A stretch of DNA of 64,000 bases from an uncultured Clostridia bacterium (lineage in GTDB: Bacteria; Bacillota; Clostridia; Christensenellales; CAG-917). The stretch covers positions 64,443-128,442 of the forward strand of contig CANQNQ010000004.1 of the NCBI GenBank assembly GCA_947625225.1, written 5' to 3'. Both the position numbers and the translations under genes were made by a program. Positions 32,701 through 44,700 of this stretch are shown piece after piece (position 1 is the first letter of the stretch; each line of letters opens with the position of its first letter). A model generated the notes under the pieces. The model worked only from the letters and a program-made list of their open reading frames with translations, made no database searches and had not been told where the DNA came from.

Positions 32701-35700
32701 TGAGGTACGCCACGAGATCAGAGATATCGCTTGTCATATTGATGGCGTCGATGGACAGAGTGAACTCATAGCCGTCCTTGCCCTGCGTGCTGCCCAGCTT
32801 GAGCGCGCTGTTGCCGTCCAGCGTTATACCGTTGCCGCTCAGCCCCGTCAGGCTTGCGATGTAGTAGTTTTTGACGGGGATGCCCAGCTTGCCGCTGACG
32901 GGAGTCGCGAAGCCCCATTGATAGGTGAAGCCGACGGTCAGATTTTCGCCCTGATCGCCGCGGCTGCCTGCGCCGCTCCAATTGAACGCAAAGTCGTCCA
33001 AATTCCACTTGAATGTGCCCGCGGGGACCTTCTTATCGACAAACTGATCTTTGAGTATGAAGTAGTAGGTGACGCCGCCTATATCCTGCGTGATATAGCT
33101 GCCGTCCGCCGAATTCTTGGCAAGGCCTGCGATATATGCGGGATAGAGGTTGTACTCCACATTGTTGTAAGTCACCGTGCTCATCACGGAGCTGTGGAAA
33201 GTGTGACCGCTGTCGACAGAAGCGCCCTTGCTGTCCGTGCCCTTTGTCGCCGTCGCCTTCTCCCAATTATTGTTGATACCGGTGCCCGCCGTAATCAGTA
33301 TGGCGTACGCCATGTTGCCTTCCGCGTCCTCCAGATAGGTGCCGAATCTGACGTCCGCATTCGAAGTGTCGTTGCGCAGGGACACCACCACTTCGTCGGG
33401 CAACTTGGTGTTGTAGGTGCTTGAGTCTTGTTTCATATCCAGCTGAATCGCCTTGGACTGATTGCCTGCCACAGCCTCCTTGACGCTGTTCATGTACTGA
33501 TAGTTGTTGGTGATGTACACGGGTATTGCATACATCACGGTGTTGAGTGCATAGCCGTACACGAAGCCGCCAATGCGAGGCTCGCTTGAATTGCTGGGCG
33601 TGTAGTCAATGGTGCTGGCGTCCCAAACAATTGAAGTGCCCGGGGCAGCCGTCGAACCCGCGAGGAAGGAATTTTGGGTGTTCCCGCCGTCTTTTTTACC
33701 ATATACAACGTTTGCTACACGCGGGAACTTGGTAGGATTGGTATAGAAGTAGTTGTCCGTCAGCCTGTCAAACGTGCCTATGTTCGAATTGGCTTGACCG
33801 TTTGCCGACAGATATCCCGCGCCCGTTGCGGGGTTGGTGATATATATGGCTTGCGGTACAGTCACTCCGGACGTATCGGTCAAGTTTGCGGAATCCGAAT
33901 CCAGGAAGCCCAGCATAGGATCTTGTACAGAACTGCTCTCATTTCCATATGGAGTGAGCGACAACATAAAGTAGTCCCAAGCGTTATTTAATGATGTGGT
34001 TGTTTTGTTCGTCTTGTTTGTACCATCATAATTGCTGGCGCCTGTGCTGGTTACCGTCCTGTTTTTGAATGAAGACACTGTGGTCGTTGCCGCGTTGTTG
34101 TACAGCATTGATGTGCCGACGCCGTTTTTCTTGCCGTTGACAAAGATCTCTATCGCCTGTATGCCGGGATGCATTGTGATGCCGCCATCGGTTATACCGT
34201 AATCGCTCTTTTGCGGATCAACGTCGATATAGATGTTGAGGCTGGGCGAAATATCTCCGCTTGCAAATGGCAGAGGCAGTATGTTGGAGATCAATCTGGA
34301 CAAATTGCCAATCGTATCAGTTACCAAACTGGACAAAACATTACCTTTCCACAAATCACCAACAGCAGTAACGTTTACTCCTTCCAGAATGAATTTGATA
34401 AATGCAGCCGGTATACTTCTGGCAAGAGGCTCTATCAACGCAACTTTCTGCTCCGTTGTGGCGTCATGTTGCAACAGATAATCAAGTTCATCAAACACCG
34501 CATCCAAGTGACCGGATACCGTCACATCACTGGTTGAACCATCGGGATTATGCTTCTTGAATGTGTATGCTGCTCCTGAATAAGTAGTGGCGTCCTTGCT
34601 CGTATCTGTGTCAACTTTACTCACATCGAAAGCATAAACGCCGTCCGGATTGGAATGAGATTTTCCGTTTATCATGTTGAGCAACAACACGTCAACCATA
34701 AGGATAAGCTCGTTGTAAGCGTCCTTGTTGAGCTCCACTTTGACGGAGATGTTGCCCATGCCGTTGTTGTGCATGGAAGATGACTTCATGCTACTGTAGT
34801 ACGGCCAATATCCGTTGGAATTGAACAGGTCAAGCTCCACACTCTTTATCAGGTTGGTCAACTGCAGAGGATAGGAGTAGCTTGTCTTGCCCGAATCCCA
34901 TCCGGTTACACCGCTGTTGCCGGCAGCGGGAACTGCATATTGATCGTTGTCACCGTCGCTACCGCTTACAAAATCAAACAGTTTGCCACTACCCATCATG
35001 CTGCCTAGATCCATCGGAAGGATAGCACCATTACCAATGGCTTGCATTATAGCGTCACCCACAGGGTTCCCACCTAAGCCGACAATCAAGTTGTTGGTTT
35101 GATTACCGATCCATAGATTGTTTCCACCAAACAATACCGGCACCGATACAACCGTACTTCCGCCATTAGTAGTCCAGCCGCCTCCTTTATCTGAGCCGGC
35201 AGTTCCTCTTGTCGCTTCAAGGTCGAGTTTCAGGATGTAGCCCGGATTGTCTTTGGTCATCGAGCCGTCGTGATATACTCTTTGTCCGCGCAGGAGAGTC
35301 TTAGTCTCTGTGTAGAATGATCTTGTACTTTCATCTCTTGGATTAGTTGCAACAGCGCTCCACACCTTGTTTTGTATCTCGATCTTGGCATAGAGGCCAA
35401 TACCGTCAAGGATGTTCTGGATAAGGTTGCTGGTGCCCGCCGTGTTGGACAACGTCAAGCCCGCATAGCCCACCTTGACCTCTTCGATGAGGTCTTTCGT
35501 CTTGAGTATGCCGGAGCCGAAGTTGATGTTGATGGGGTTGATGGTCGCGCTGAGCGAGGTGCCCTCGTTGTCAAGTCTGGCGTTGACCGCTATCTGCGAG
35601 ATACCGCTGTCGCCCGTAAGCAGGCTGAGGTCGATCTGCTCGATAGGCAGCTCAAATGGCAATGCGAGACCAAGCATGCCAAACACGCTGTTGAGCAAGC

Positions 35701-38700
35701 CCTTGTTGATGCTTATTGAAACCTTGCCGTTCTCTATGCCGAGGTTGACGGTCAAGCCGCCTGCCGCGCCCGCTTCGCCGGAAGAGCTTGTGCCGTCCGC
35801 AGAACCTATGGAATCGGCGGCGCTGAAGCCATCTGCCGCGCTCATTGCGGCGGAGGCAGTCGTTGCGCTCTGATAAGGCGACACGCCAAGCAGACCGCTG
35901 ATGCCCTGGAACTTGATCTTGCCCAAGCCGAGACCGGTGAGGTCGATGAATATCGCGTCGTTGTACGCGTGTGTGCTGTCAAACTTGCCGGCGGAGGACT
36001 CGTACGTCAAATTGCCGTTGTTCAATCTGGAAGAGCCGAGATAGTAGATCTTGGCGATCTCCTTGTTGACGGGGCTGCCCATGCTGAGCGTCAATTGCAG
36101 GTCGCTGAACAATATGCCGCCAATGCCGTAGGTGATCAGCGCCATGATGTTGAGGTCCGCCTGCAGGTCGACCTTCAACGTGACTGCGCCGTTGGGCAGC
36201 ACCAGGTTGAAGTCCGCCATGACAAAGCCGTATTTGCCGTCTGCACTCTCAAGATAAGCGCCGGAAGCGGCGTCGAGGTTATACCTCTTGTCGCCCGCTC
36301 TCCTCAGCTCGTCTTCGGACATATTTTCGACAAGTTTGTATGTGCCAAACAGGGACGAGCCTGCCAGAGTGTCCTTCAACAGGTTGGTCACCCAGCCCGC
36401 GAAGCTGTTGTCGTATTTCGCGTCTTTGTTTGTCAAGCCCGAGGCGTTGAGGGTCAGCTCGACGCCCATCTGTATGCCGATGGTGGGCAGCGTCATGCCG
36501 TCCTCGCCAAACAGCTTGTCAACGCTGACTCCGTCGCCGCCGATGAGGCTTGCTATGTCAAGGGTGCCCAGATTCACCCAGGTGCCGTCATCAAAGTCTA
36601 TCTTGCCGGTGTTTTCGCCCGCGGCGAAGAAGTCTGCCGAGGCGTAATTCTTCCTCAGCATGGTCACGCCGGGGATGTCCAAGCCGACGTACAGCGCGTC
36701 GCTGAGCCTCAGCGTCAAGCCCATGGCGGTCTTTTTGCCGGAAGCGTCCAGCTTGAGCATAATGTCGCCGATGTCGGGCAACAGATCCTGCTGCCACACG
36801 TCGGGATCCTCGCCGCGCAGCTGCATCACCTTGCTGTAGATGGCGTTGATGATGTCCGCGTTGAGCTGCAGCAATATCTTCTGCGGGTTGACAAGGATCA
36901 TCAGATAGGCATACTCCTTCATCAGCTGCTTCACCGTATCGATATCGCCTGCCGCCGCCAATGCGTCAACGGAACTTGTCGCCGCGGCGTCGGTGCCCAT
37001 CAGGTCGCCAAGCAGACCGCTGAGCATGCTGCCCAACGGACCTGTGCTGCCGCCCAGCTTGATGCCGCCCAGCTTCAACTTGGCGGTGGGGCCGAGGATG
37101 CCGCTGAGGTCTATGCCAACGTTGCCATCCTTGTCAAGATAGATGCCCAGCACCACACCGGTGCCGTCGCCGTTGACAGAATGCTTAAGCAAGTCGATGC
37201 GCGCCGCGATATTGAAGTCCTTGAGGTCAAGATATGCCTTGATGTCAAGGGTCAGGAAGGTGCCTTCCTTCTTGCCCAATGCGTTGGTTATGTTGATGTT
37301 GAAGGCGCTGCCCTTGATGGCGCTGCCTGCGCCGCCGCCCACAAGACCGAGGATCATGTCAAGCAATTGACCAAGCTCGATGGTGGTGTCGTCGGCGGTG
37401 GGATCGCCGTACAGCGACACGTTGATGGAGGTGGACAGCTCGACCTTGAGGTCGTTGATGCCCACGTAGGGATCCTTATACTCCTCGCCGTTGAGGTCCT
37501 TAAGTCTGGTACCCTTATCGTCAACGACATAGCCCTGCTCATCGCGCAGCACGCTCTGATACATCACAACGTTCTTGTCGACGGAGAAGTCCTTGTTGAC
37601 CGCCACGCCAAGGTCGGTGATGTGCACGCCAAAGCCGAAGTCGCCCAGCTTGAGGTATGCGCCGTCCGCAGCCTCTTCAAACGCGCCCGTTGCGGCGTTG
37701 AGGGTGTAGGCAGTGCCCTTCCAATTGGGATAAGCATAGCCGATCAGCGCGTACTCGTCGTTCATCACCAGCACGTACTTGGCGTCCTCCCTGGTGCAGC
37801 TTGTATCCGTGCACAGCACGTATTCGCCGCCCTCGAGGTGATAGTGCGCCATACCGGCAGGCAGATCATCGCCCTTGTTCCTCTGGCCATTCTCGCCGTA
37901 CATGTCGTTGTACTCTTTAAAGGTGAGGTAGTAGTCCGTGCCCATCTGGAAGCCCATGTTAAGGTCGATGGACGGAGCCTCGCCGTACAGGTTGATGGTC
38001 AAGCCCGAAGTGTCCGCACCCATGGATGTGAACAGCTTGGGCATATATTGCATGACGCCCGCGATGATCTCGTTGTCGGTGTCGGAGAACATCGCGATGA
38101 GGTCGCCAAGCAGCGTCTCGTTGAGGCCGACTGTGATAAAGTCGTTTGCGACAAGCAGTCTGCCTACGATCAGGTTGATTATGTCAAATATGTTTTCGGG
38201 CAGGATACCCGTGTCGACGTCCTCATCCGCGGAGGTGTACGCCTCGCTGGCGCCGCCAACGCCAAGCCCGCTGAGCAGACCCGCAATGTCTATGCCCTCA
38301 GCCTTTGCGTAGGAGAAGAAGTCGCCAAAGCCCACGATCTCCGCGATGTCCGTCACGTCCATCATCAGGTTAAGCTTGCCGGTGGTCTCGTCAAACTCCA
38401 GCCAGATGTACGCGGTGGCGGTATCGTCGCCGTGGAAGTTGGTGTCGTAGGTCACCTCAAGGTAGACCTTGGTGCCCTTAAGCGCGGCAATGATGTCGCG
38501 ATCCTCTGCGGGAGCAGTCAGCTGCGCGATGAGGTTGTTGATGGGCAGATACGCCTTGAGGTCGATGTCAAAGCCTATGGTGGACTCAAACGGCTCTGCG
38601 CCCTCCCCGCCTTCCTTGCCTTCTTCGTACAGAGATGTGACCAGCATGTACACAAAGTCCTCTATCTCCGCGCCGAAGAATTGGGTCATCTGATGCGTCC

Positions 38701-41700
38701 AGTTGATGACGTCCGTCAGCCTCATCTCGATTGCGAGGGACAGGTCGAGCTCCACAGTGTTGAGGCCGCCCAGCATTTCGGTGATCTCAAATTCCTTGGC
38801 GCCGCTGATGATGTCCTCAAGGTCAAGCGACAACGCCTGCGTGTAGTTTGCAAAGTCGTCCACCTTCTTGTACGCGATCACTTCGGGGCCGACAAGGTCC
38901 GCCTCGTTCATATCGGTGTAGCCGTTGCCGTTGGTGTCAAGCGGCAGATATTGCTCGCCGTCGATCGTTACGGGAGTTGCATAATTCGCCACGATCGGGT
39001 CATGAACTGTCGTCTTGTAAGTCTCGTTGTTGATGTCGGCAACCTTGACATATTGCAGATTGCCAACGCCCGTGAAGCCTTGCAGTTGCAGCTTGTTGAC
39101 CTCGATATAGCGGTTATTGTTGTTGCGGTCAAGCACCATCAGGTTGTTGGTGAAGTTGACAAAGCCGTCCTTGTTCACTATATCGCGATATACGCTGGTG
39201 GTCAGGTTGAGACCCGGCACGTCTTTAAGCTCGGTGTTGACGCCGTTGTACACGGTGTACAGATTTGCGTCATAGCCGGTAAGATGCTCCGAACCGAACG
39301 CGTAACGTCCGCCGATGCCGTCCTTGACCTCCACCATCACGGAGCCGGACTTGGAGTATCTCATCTCGGGAGCGTCTGTATACTGGCTGTAACGCGTGTC
39401 GATGTAAGCTTCCTCGCCGATGAGGCTCATCACGTTGTCCTCGTATTTGTACGCGCCTTCCGCGTCGACGTAGTACTCCTGGTCGCCGACCTTGGTCAGC
39501 TCGACATAGTCCTTTCCGTCGCCGTTCTTGCCGAAGTTGCCGTTTTCAAGGTCGTGATAGAAGTTGGCGTAGTAGAAGATGTAGTCGTAACCCGTCTGCT
39601 TCGTCTTGATATCCGCCTCGTCGCCAAACGCGATGTAGGAGGACTTGCCCATCTCGCCGTTGAGACCCTCGATCTGTATACCCATGTCGAGGATGGGCTT
39701 TGTGCCGTCCTCGTTGAGCAGCAGACCGCCCAGAGTCAACGCATAGGGATAGAGATCAAGCTTGAGGTACGCCTGCAGGTTGGGCAGCAGGTCGCTTATG
39801 GAGGAGCCTGCCAGCGACAGGTCGGGCAACAGCGAGTTGAATATCGCGCCGATGAAGCCCGCCGTGATGTCCACGCCTATCGCGCCCGTAAATATGTTGA
39901 TAAACAGACCTATATCCGTGCGGCCGTGACCCTCTTTGTACACACTGTACGGGTCGAAGTCCGCCGCGGGGATAGCCTCCTGCGTGGAGACAAGGTCGTT
40001 GTCAAGCACGCCGTCCAGCACGCCGTTGAGGATGTCCTCCAAGGAGTAGTCGCTCATATCCACGGCTATCTTGGCGTCCTTGCCAAGCAGCCACTCGAGG
40101 TCGAGATATATCGCGGACTTGCCGGTGTGCTCGTCGTGCGAGTAGTAGATGCCCAGCATGTGCGTCAGCGAGCCGTCCAGCAGCGCGCCTTCATAGTTGC
40201 CGCTTGCCCTGTCGTCCGCCGTGACGTAGCCGCCGGTAGCCAGCTTGTCGTTCTGCTCCATCCATGCGTCGATGGCGACGTCAAGGTCGCGCAGGAAGAA
40301 CCTGAGCGGCACAATGGAGATCTCAAAGCTGAGGTTGATCTTTATCTCGAAGTACAGCCTGAGCGTGGCATCGTCCGTCACCTGGAAGTTGCCCTCCAGC
40401 TGACCGAACACCGTGCCGAGCACGTCGCCAAGCGCCTCGTTGATGCCAAGGCGTGCGTCAAGGCCGCTGTTTGCCAGCACGTACAGCTGGTTGTTTGCCT
40501 TCAGCGCCTTTATTTCAGACTCATCGGTGACTGCCTGATAGCCGCCGTGATACTTCTTGTACGCGATGCCCTTAAGCGTCTCATCGGGCACTTCGCCGCC
40601 TTCGTGGAGCTGCTTGTAGAACTCGTTGTACGTTGCATAGTCAAGATATATCTTGCCCGCGTTGACAAACATGCTGCCCCTCAGCGTGATAGCCACGAAG
40701 TTCAGCTTGCCGACGGACAGATAATCGTCGTACATGTAATCGTTGTATTGCTCATCCGTAAAGTCGGGCTTTTGGATGACGCTTTCCTGCATGACGCGCA
40801 CGGAATACTCGCCCTCGCTATACTCGGTGCCGTCCGCTTTGGTCTCGCCGACCGCCAACTGACGCTTGGACTTGGCATTGTTGTCGTATCTCTTGTAGAT
40901 GTAAGGACGCCTCAGCTGCACAAATGCGGCGCTGTCCTCCGTCCTGCAGTCCACATAGTAGACGGTGTGTTTGTTGACCATCTCGGTCAGGAAGTCGGGG
41001 AATGTCTTCGCGCCATCCGTAACTTTGACGTACTGACCGCCCTCATCCTGTATGTACAAGGTGTCCGCGTTTATCGGGAAGTACTTGTTGTCATTCTCGA
41101 TATATCTGGGGTCTTTAAGATACTTTGTGGCGTCGAAACTGTCTGCCGTATAGTAGTCCTCAATGTACGCGCCCATACCGTCGGAAGCCTTGTCAACGCT
41201 GTCGAACACGTCCTCGACGACGTCCACAAAGCGCGCATCGGCGGGATAGTCCAGTTCCTGCGCCTTCGGGTCGTTTCCAAGGACATATTTGTACGGGATG
41301 GCGCCCAGCTGCGGGAAGTTGAGGCTGAGTCCTATGGAGTGATTCCACAGATACAGGTTGAGCTTGAGCAGCGGGTTGCGGGCTTCGAGTTCCTCAGCCA
41401 AATACAGACCCTCTGCCTCGGTATAATTGCCATCTGCCGCCTGCACGTAGAGTTTGGGCATCTCAATGCCGATTGTTTCATACTCCTTGTCCTTCTCGGC
41501 CGCGTCGATCTGCGCTCTGTTGGCGTCGGTGTATGCAACGTAGGCGTCACCCACCTTGATGTAAGTGACGGTGGCGGTCACGTCGTAATAGGCATATGGG
41601 TTGCCGTTTGCGTCCTTTTCGCCCTCCGACATCTTGGTGTCATAATTCGCCTTGTCGATCTCGCTCATGTCTGCCTTGAGCGCCATGCCGCCGTCGCTGT

Positions 41701-44700
41701 CGACGTAGTACATGCCTTTATCGGTATCCTTCGTGTAAGTTGTAACGCTGAATCTCTGACGAGAAGCGTTCAACAGGCTCTGCAATTCCACATAACCGGG
41801 TGCGCGGAGCATGTCGCGCAAAGCGTTCACTCTCGCTTCGTCATCGCTCACGCTCTCCTTGTACTGCTTGTAAAGCTCATCATATGCTTCCACAACGCTA
41901 TTCAACAGCTTGTCCTCATCAACGTATCTGAACTTGGACATATCCGTGTAGAGGTACAGCGACGGATAGTTGACAAACTCCGACGCGTCAAATTGCAGCG
42001 CGTCGTCGCCCATGATCAAGGTGAGGATCGTGTTGATGTAGTCGGGCTTGAGCAGTATGGAGATATACTTGCTGGTGATGCTGAAGCCGTACACCAAGCC
42101 GCGGATGTAGTCCGCAATGGTGGCGTTTTCGCCGCTGAGCAGAGGCAGATCTATCGCCGCGTCAGCTTGGGTATCCGCCGCCGCCATAGCCTCCGCCGCG
42201 CCGCCTGCGGACGTGCCGCCAAGCGAGCCGAGCAGGTCGTTGACCATGTTGGAAGGCACCTCGAGGCTGGGCAGGTTGAAGTAGGTCAGATCGACGTACA
42301 GACCGCCCTCGGTGTGCATATAATTGCCGTTGTCATTCTGGTAGCAGTTGACGGAGTCGTAGGTATACCTATCTGCGGGCGCGACATACGCGTTGTTGAC
42401 CGCATAGCGCGTGCCCTCATACTCCTCGCCTTCGCCTATCTCGACATAGTTGCCGTTTTCGTCCTGCTTGTAGGCGCCGTCTACCGCCTCTATGTATTGA
42501 GACTTCTCCTCGGCGGTGAGGATGACGTAACTGCCCACGCCCTCGTTCACCACATATTTGTAGTTGCCAAATCCCGCCTTGTAGTAGTGGTCGTATCTGT
42601 CGGCGGGTTTCACATAGTCTGCGCTATCCTCGTTGAGGTTATCGGCCTCCAGCTTCTTATAGCTGCCGCTGGAGAGGTAGATACCCACCAAGGTGTGGTA
42701 ATCTTCATCGCCGCTGCCCTTCGTCTCCAGAATGAGGCTGAGGTCGATGTAGTTGAGCAGCTCGGTGACGTGGTCGAGGATGTTGATCTGTCCGTCAAAC
42801 ACCGCGCGGAGCAGTTCCACAACGTCCAGGAAGCCCATTTCGCCGTCCTGATTCTCCACGGTGATGAGGTGCGTGCGGGCGTAGTTGGCAAGACCAAGCA
42901 GCTGCACGTCCACATCCAGCCTGAGGCGGATGGAGCGTTCCACATCGCCGCCGTCGTCGCCAAGTGCGGAGATCAGCACGGATTCGGGATCGAGATCGAA
43001 GCCAAGCAGCTCGAACACGGAGGAGAGGTCGACGCTGTTGTCATCGCCGGGCTTGAAGTCGGTGGTGATGTCGATGATCTCGTTAAGCGTGACATGGTCG
43101 AGGTCGCCAAAGCCGGTGTATCCGTCGAGGTCCTCGCTGTTGATGACGGATGTGCGGGAGTTGCTGAATCTTACGCCCAGATCCTTGATGGCAAGGCCAA
43201 GCTGCAAGTTCATATCATGCTTACCGTAGTCGCTTACGGTGGTTATGTTTGCCGCCGCGCCGTCCACGCAGTAGAAGATGTTGTAGACTTTTTCGCCTTC
43301 TAATTCAATCGGAGAAGCGGCAAGTTCCTCCATCGCGCTGTTGGAAAGCACTTCATACACTTCAAACGCGCCGTCTTTGTCGCTCAACCTGTACTTCTTG
43401 TACAGGGTCTGCCCGTCGGTCACGTCGTTGGGCATCAGCGGACGGATATATCTGCCGTTGCCGCCCATGATGTAGGTGCCGGCCGTATCCTCAACAAACA
43501 CATAGTACCTGGTGTTGGTGGTGATGTCCGTCAAGTCATTGTAGACGGCAAGCAGGTCCGCAGTGAGTTCGCCCGGCTTGTTCTGCTCTTTGGTCATGGT
43601 CGCGGTCGAATAGTACCTGTCGCCCGGCAAGCCAAGCGTAGCGGACAGCGAGAGGTCGATGTCGTCCTCTGTGTTGAGTTCCACAGACAGGTTGCCGTTT
43701 ATCTCCTCGTAGAACAGATCCCTGATGGGGAAGCCCAGCAGGTCATCGGGCAGGTACTCAAGCACCAGCTCGAACAGCACGTCGCCGATTACCAGCGCAA
43801 GGTCGTTCTTGTTGAGGAAGAGCAACAGCGCCAGATCGGGGTTGTCGTAGTCGATATTGTTGTTGCCTGCGCCCATACCGCCGACTGCGGCGTTTGCGGA
43901 GGCAAGAGCTTCATCGCCGCTTGAGCTGCCGCTGCCCACGCCCCGTATCATATCGAACAGGCTGCGCAGCACGGTCTCCACGTTGATGTCGCTCATGCTC
44001 ATCTTCGGGATGCCGAAGACGTTGCTGAGGTCAAAGTACAGGCCTCCGTTGAAGAAGTAGATGCCCGCCCACAGCAGGTCGAAACCTGTGCTGGTGACCT
44101 GCACCAATTCCAACTTCAACTCAAGGTCGCTGAAGGAATGCATATCCAGAGTCAGCGCAAAGTCAAGTCTGAAGTGCGCGGAGCTGTAGCCTATCGCGGT
44201 GTTGGGGACGTCAAGTCTTACGCCCGCCAGCTCGCCGAGGATGCCCGCAAAGATCATGCCGAAGTCAAGCGCGCCGGATGTGATGTCAAGATTAAGCTCC
44301 ACCGAGAACTCCAGCGTGATGATGCTGTCGGACAGCTTGGTCACGGGGACTTCCTCTATCTCGGGCTTGGTCTCAAGCGCGTTGTACTCATCGCGGATAT
44401 AGCCGTGCTCTTTGCCGTCCGAGGTCGTGTAGCTGTGCGCCACGCCGTCACGGATGTAGTCGGGCAACAGCTGGTCGCCGCCGCCGCCGATACCGATGTC
44501 TATCGCGCCTATCCTCAGGCCGAGGCTGAGCGTGCCCATCTGCAACGCAACGCCAAGAGAGAACTCGCTGAGGTCGGTGTAGCTCCTCACCGTGCGGTAA
44601 TAGAGATAATCTTTATCATTGCTCAGATCCGCTTCGGGCTCGCGCACGTAGCCGAACAGCCTGTCCTCAAGCTTCGCCTGCGAATAGGAGCCGTTGTAGC

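Noticed and set aside
35969-43303. A 2,444-aa plus-strand ORF, along with other long plus-strand ORFs (31391-33424, 44138-45559, 45791-47923, 48116-51127), lies inside the giant-gene region.
   Set aside because: These are antisense shadow ORFs of the minus-strand gene. Their translations are monotonous (Val/His/Asp/Leu/Ala/Gly/Arg-rich) and have no motifs, ribosome-binding sites or promoters. They mirror the codon bias (G/C-ending codons) of the real gene, which depletes stop codons on the opposite strand.
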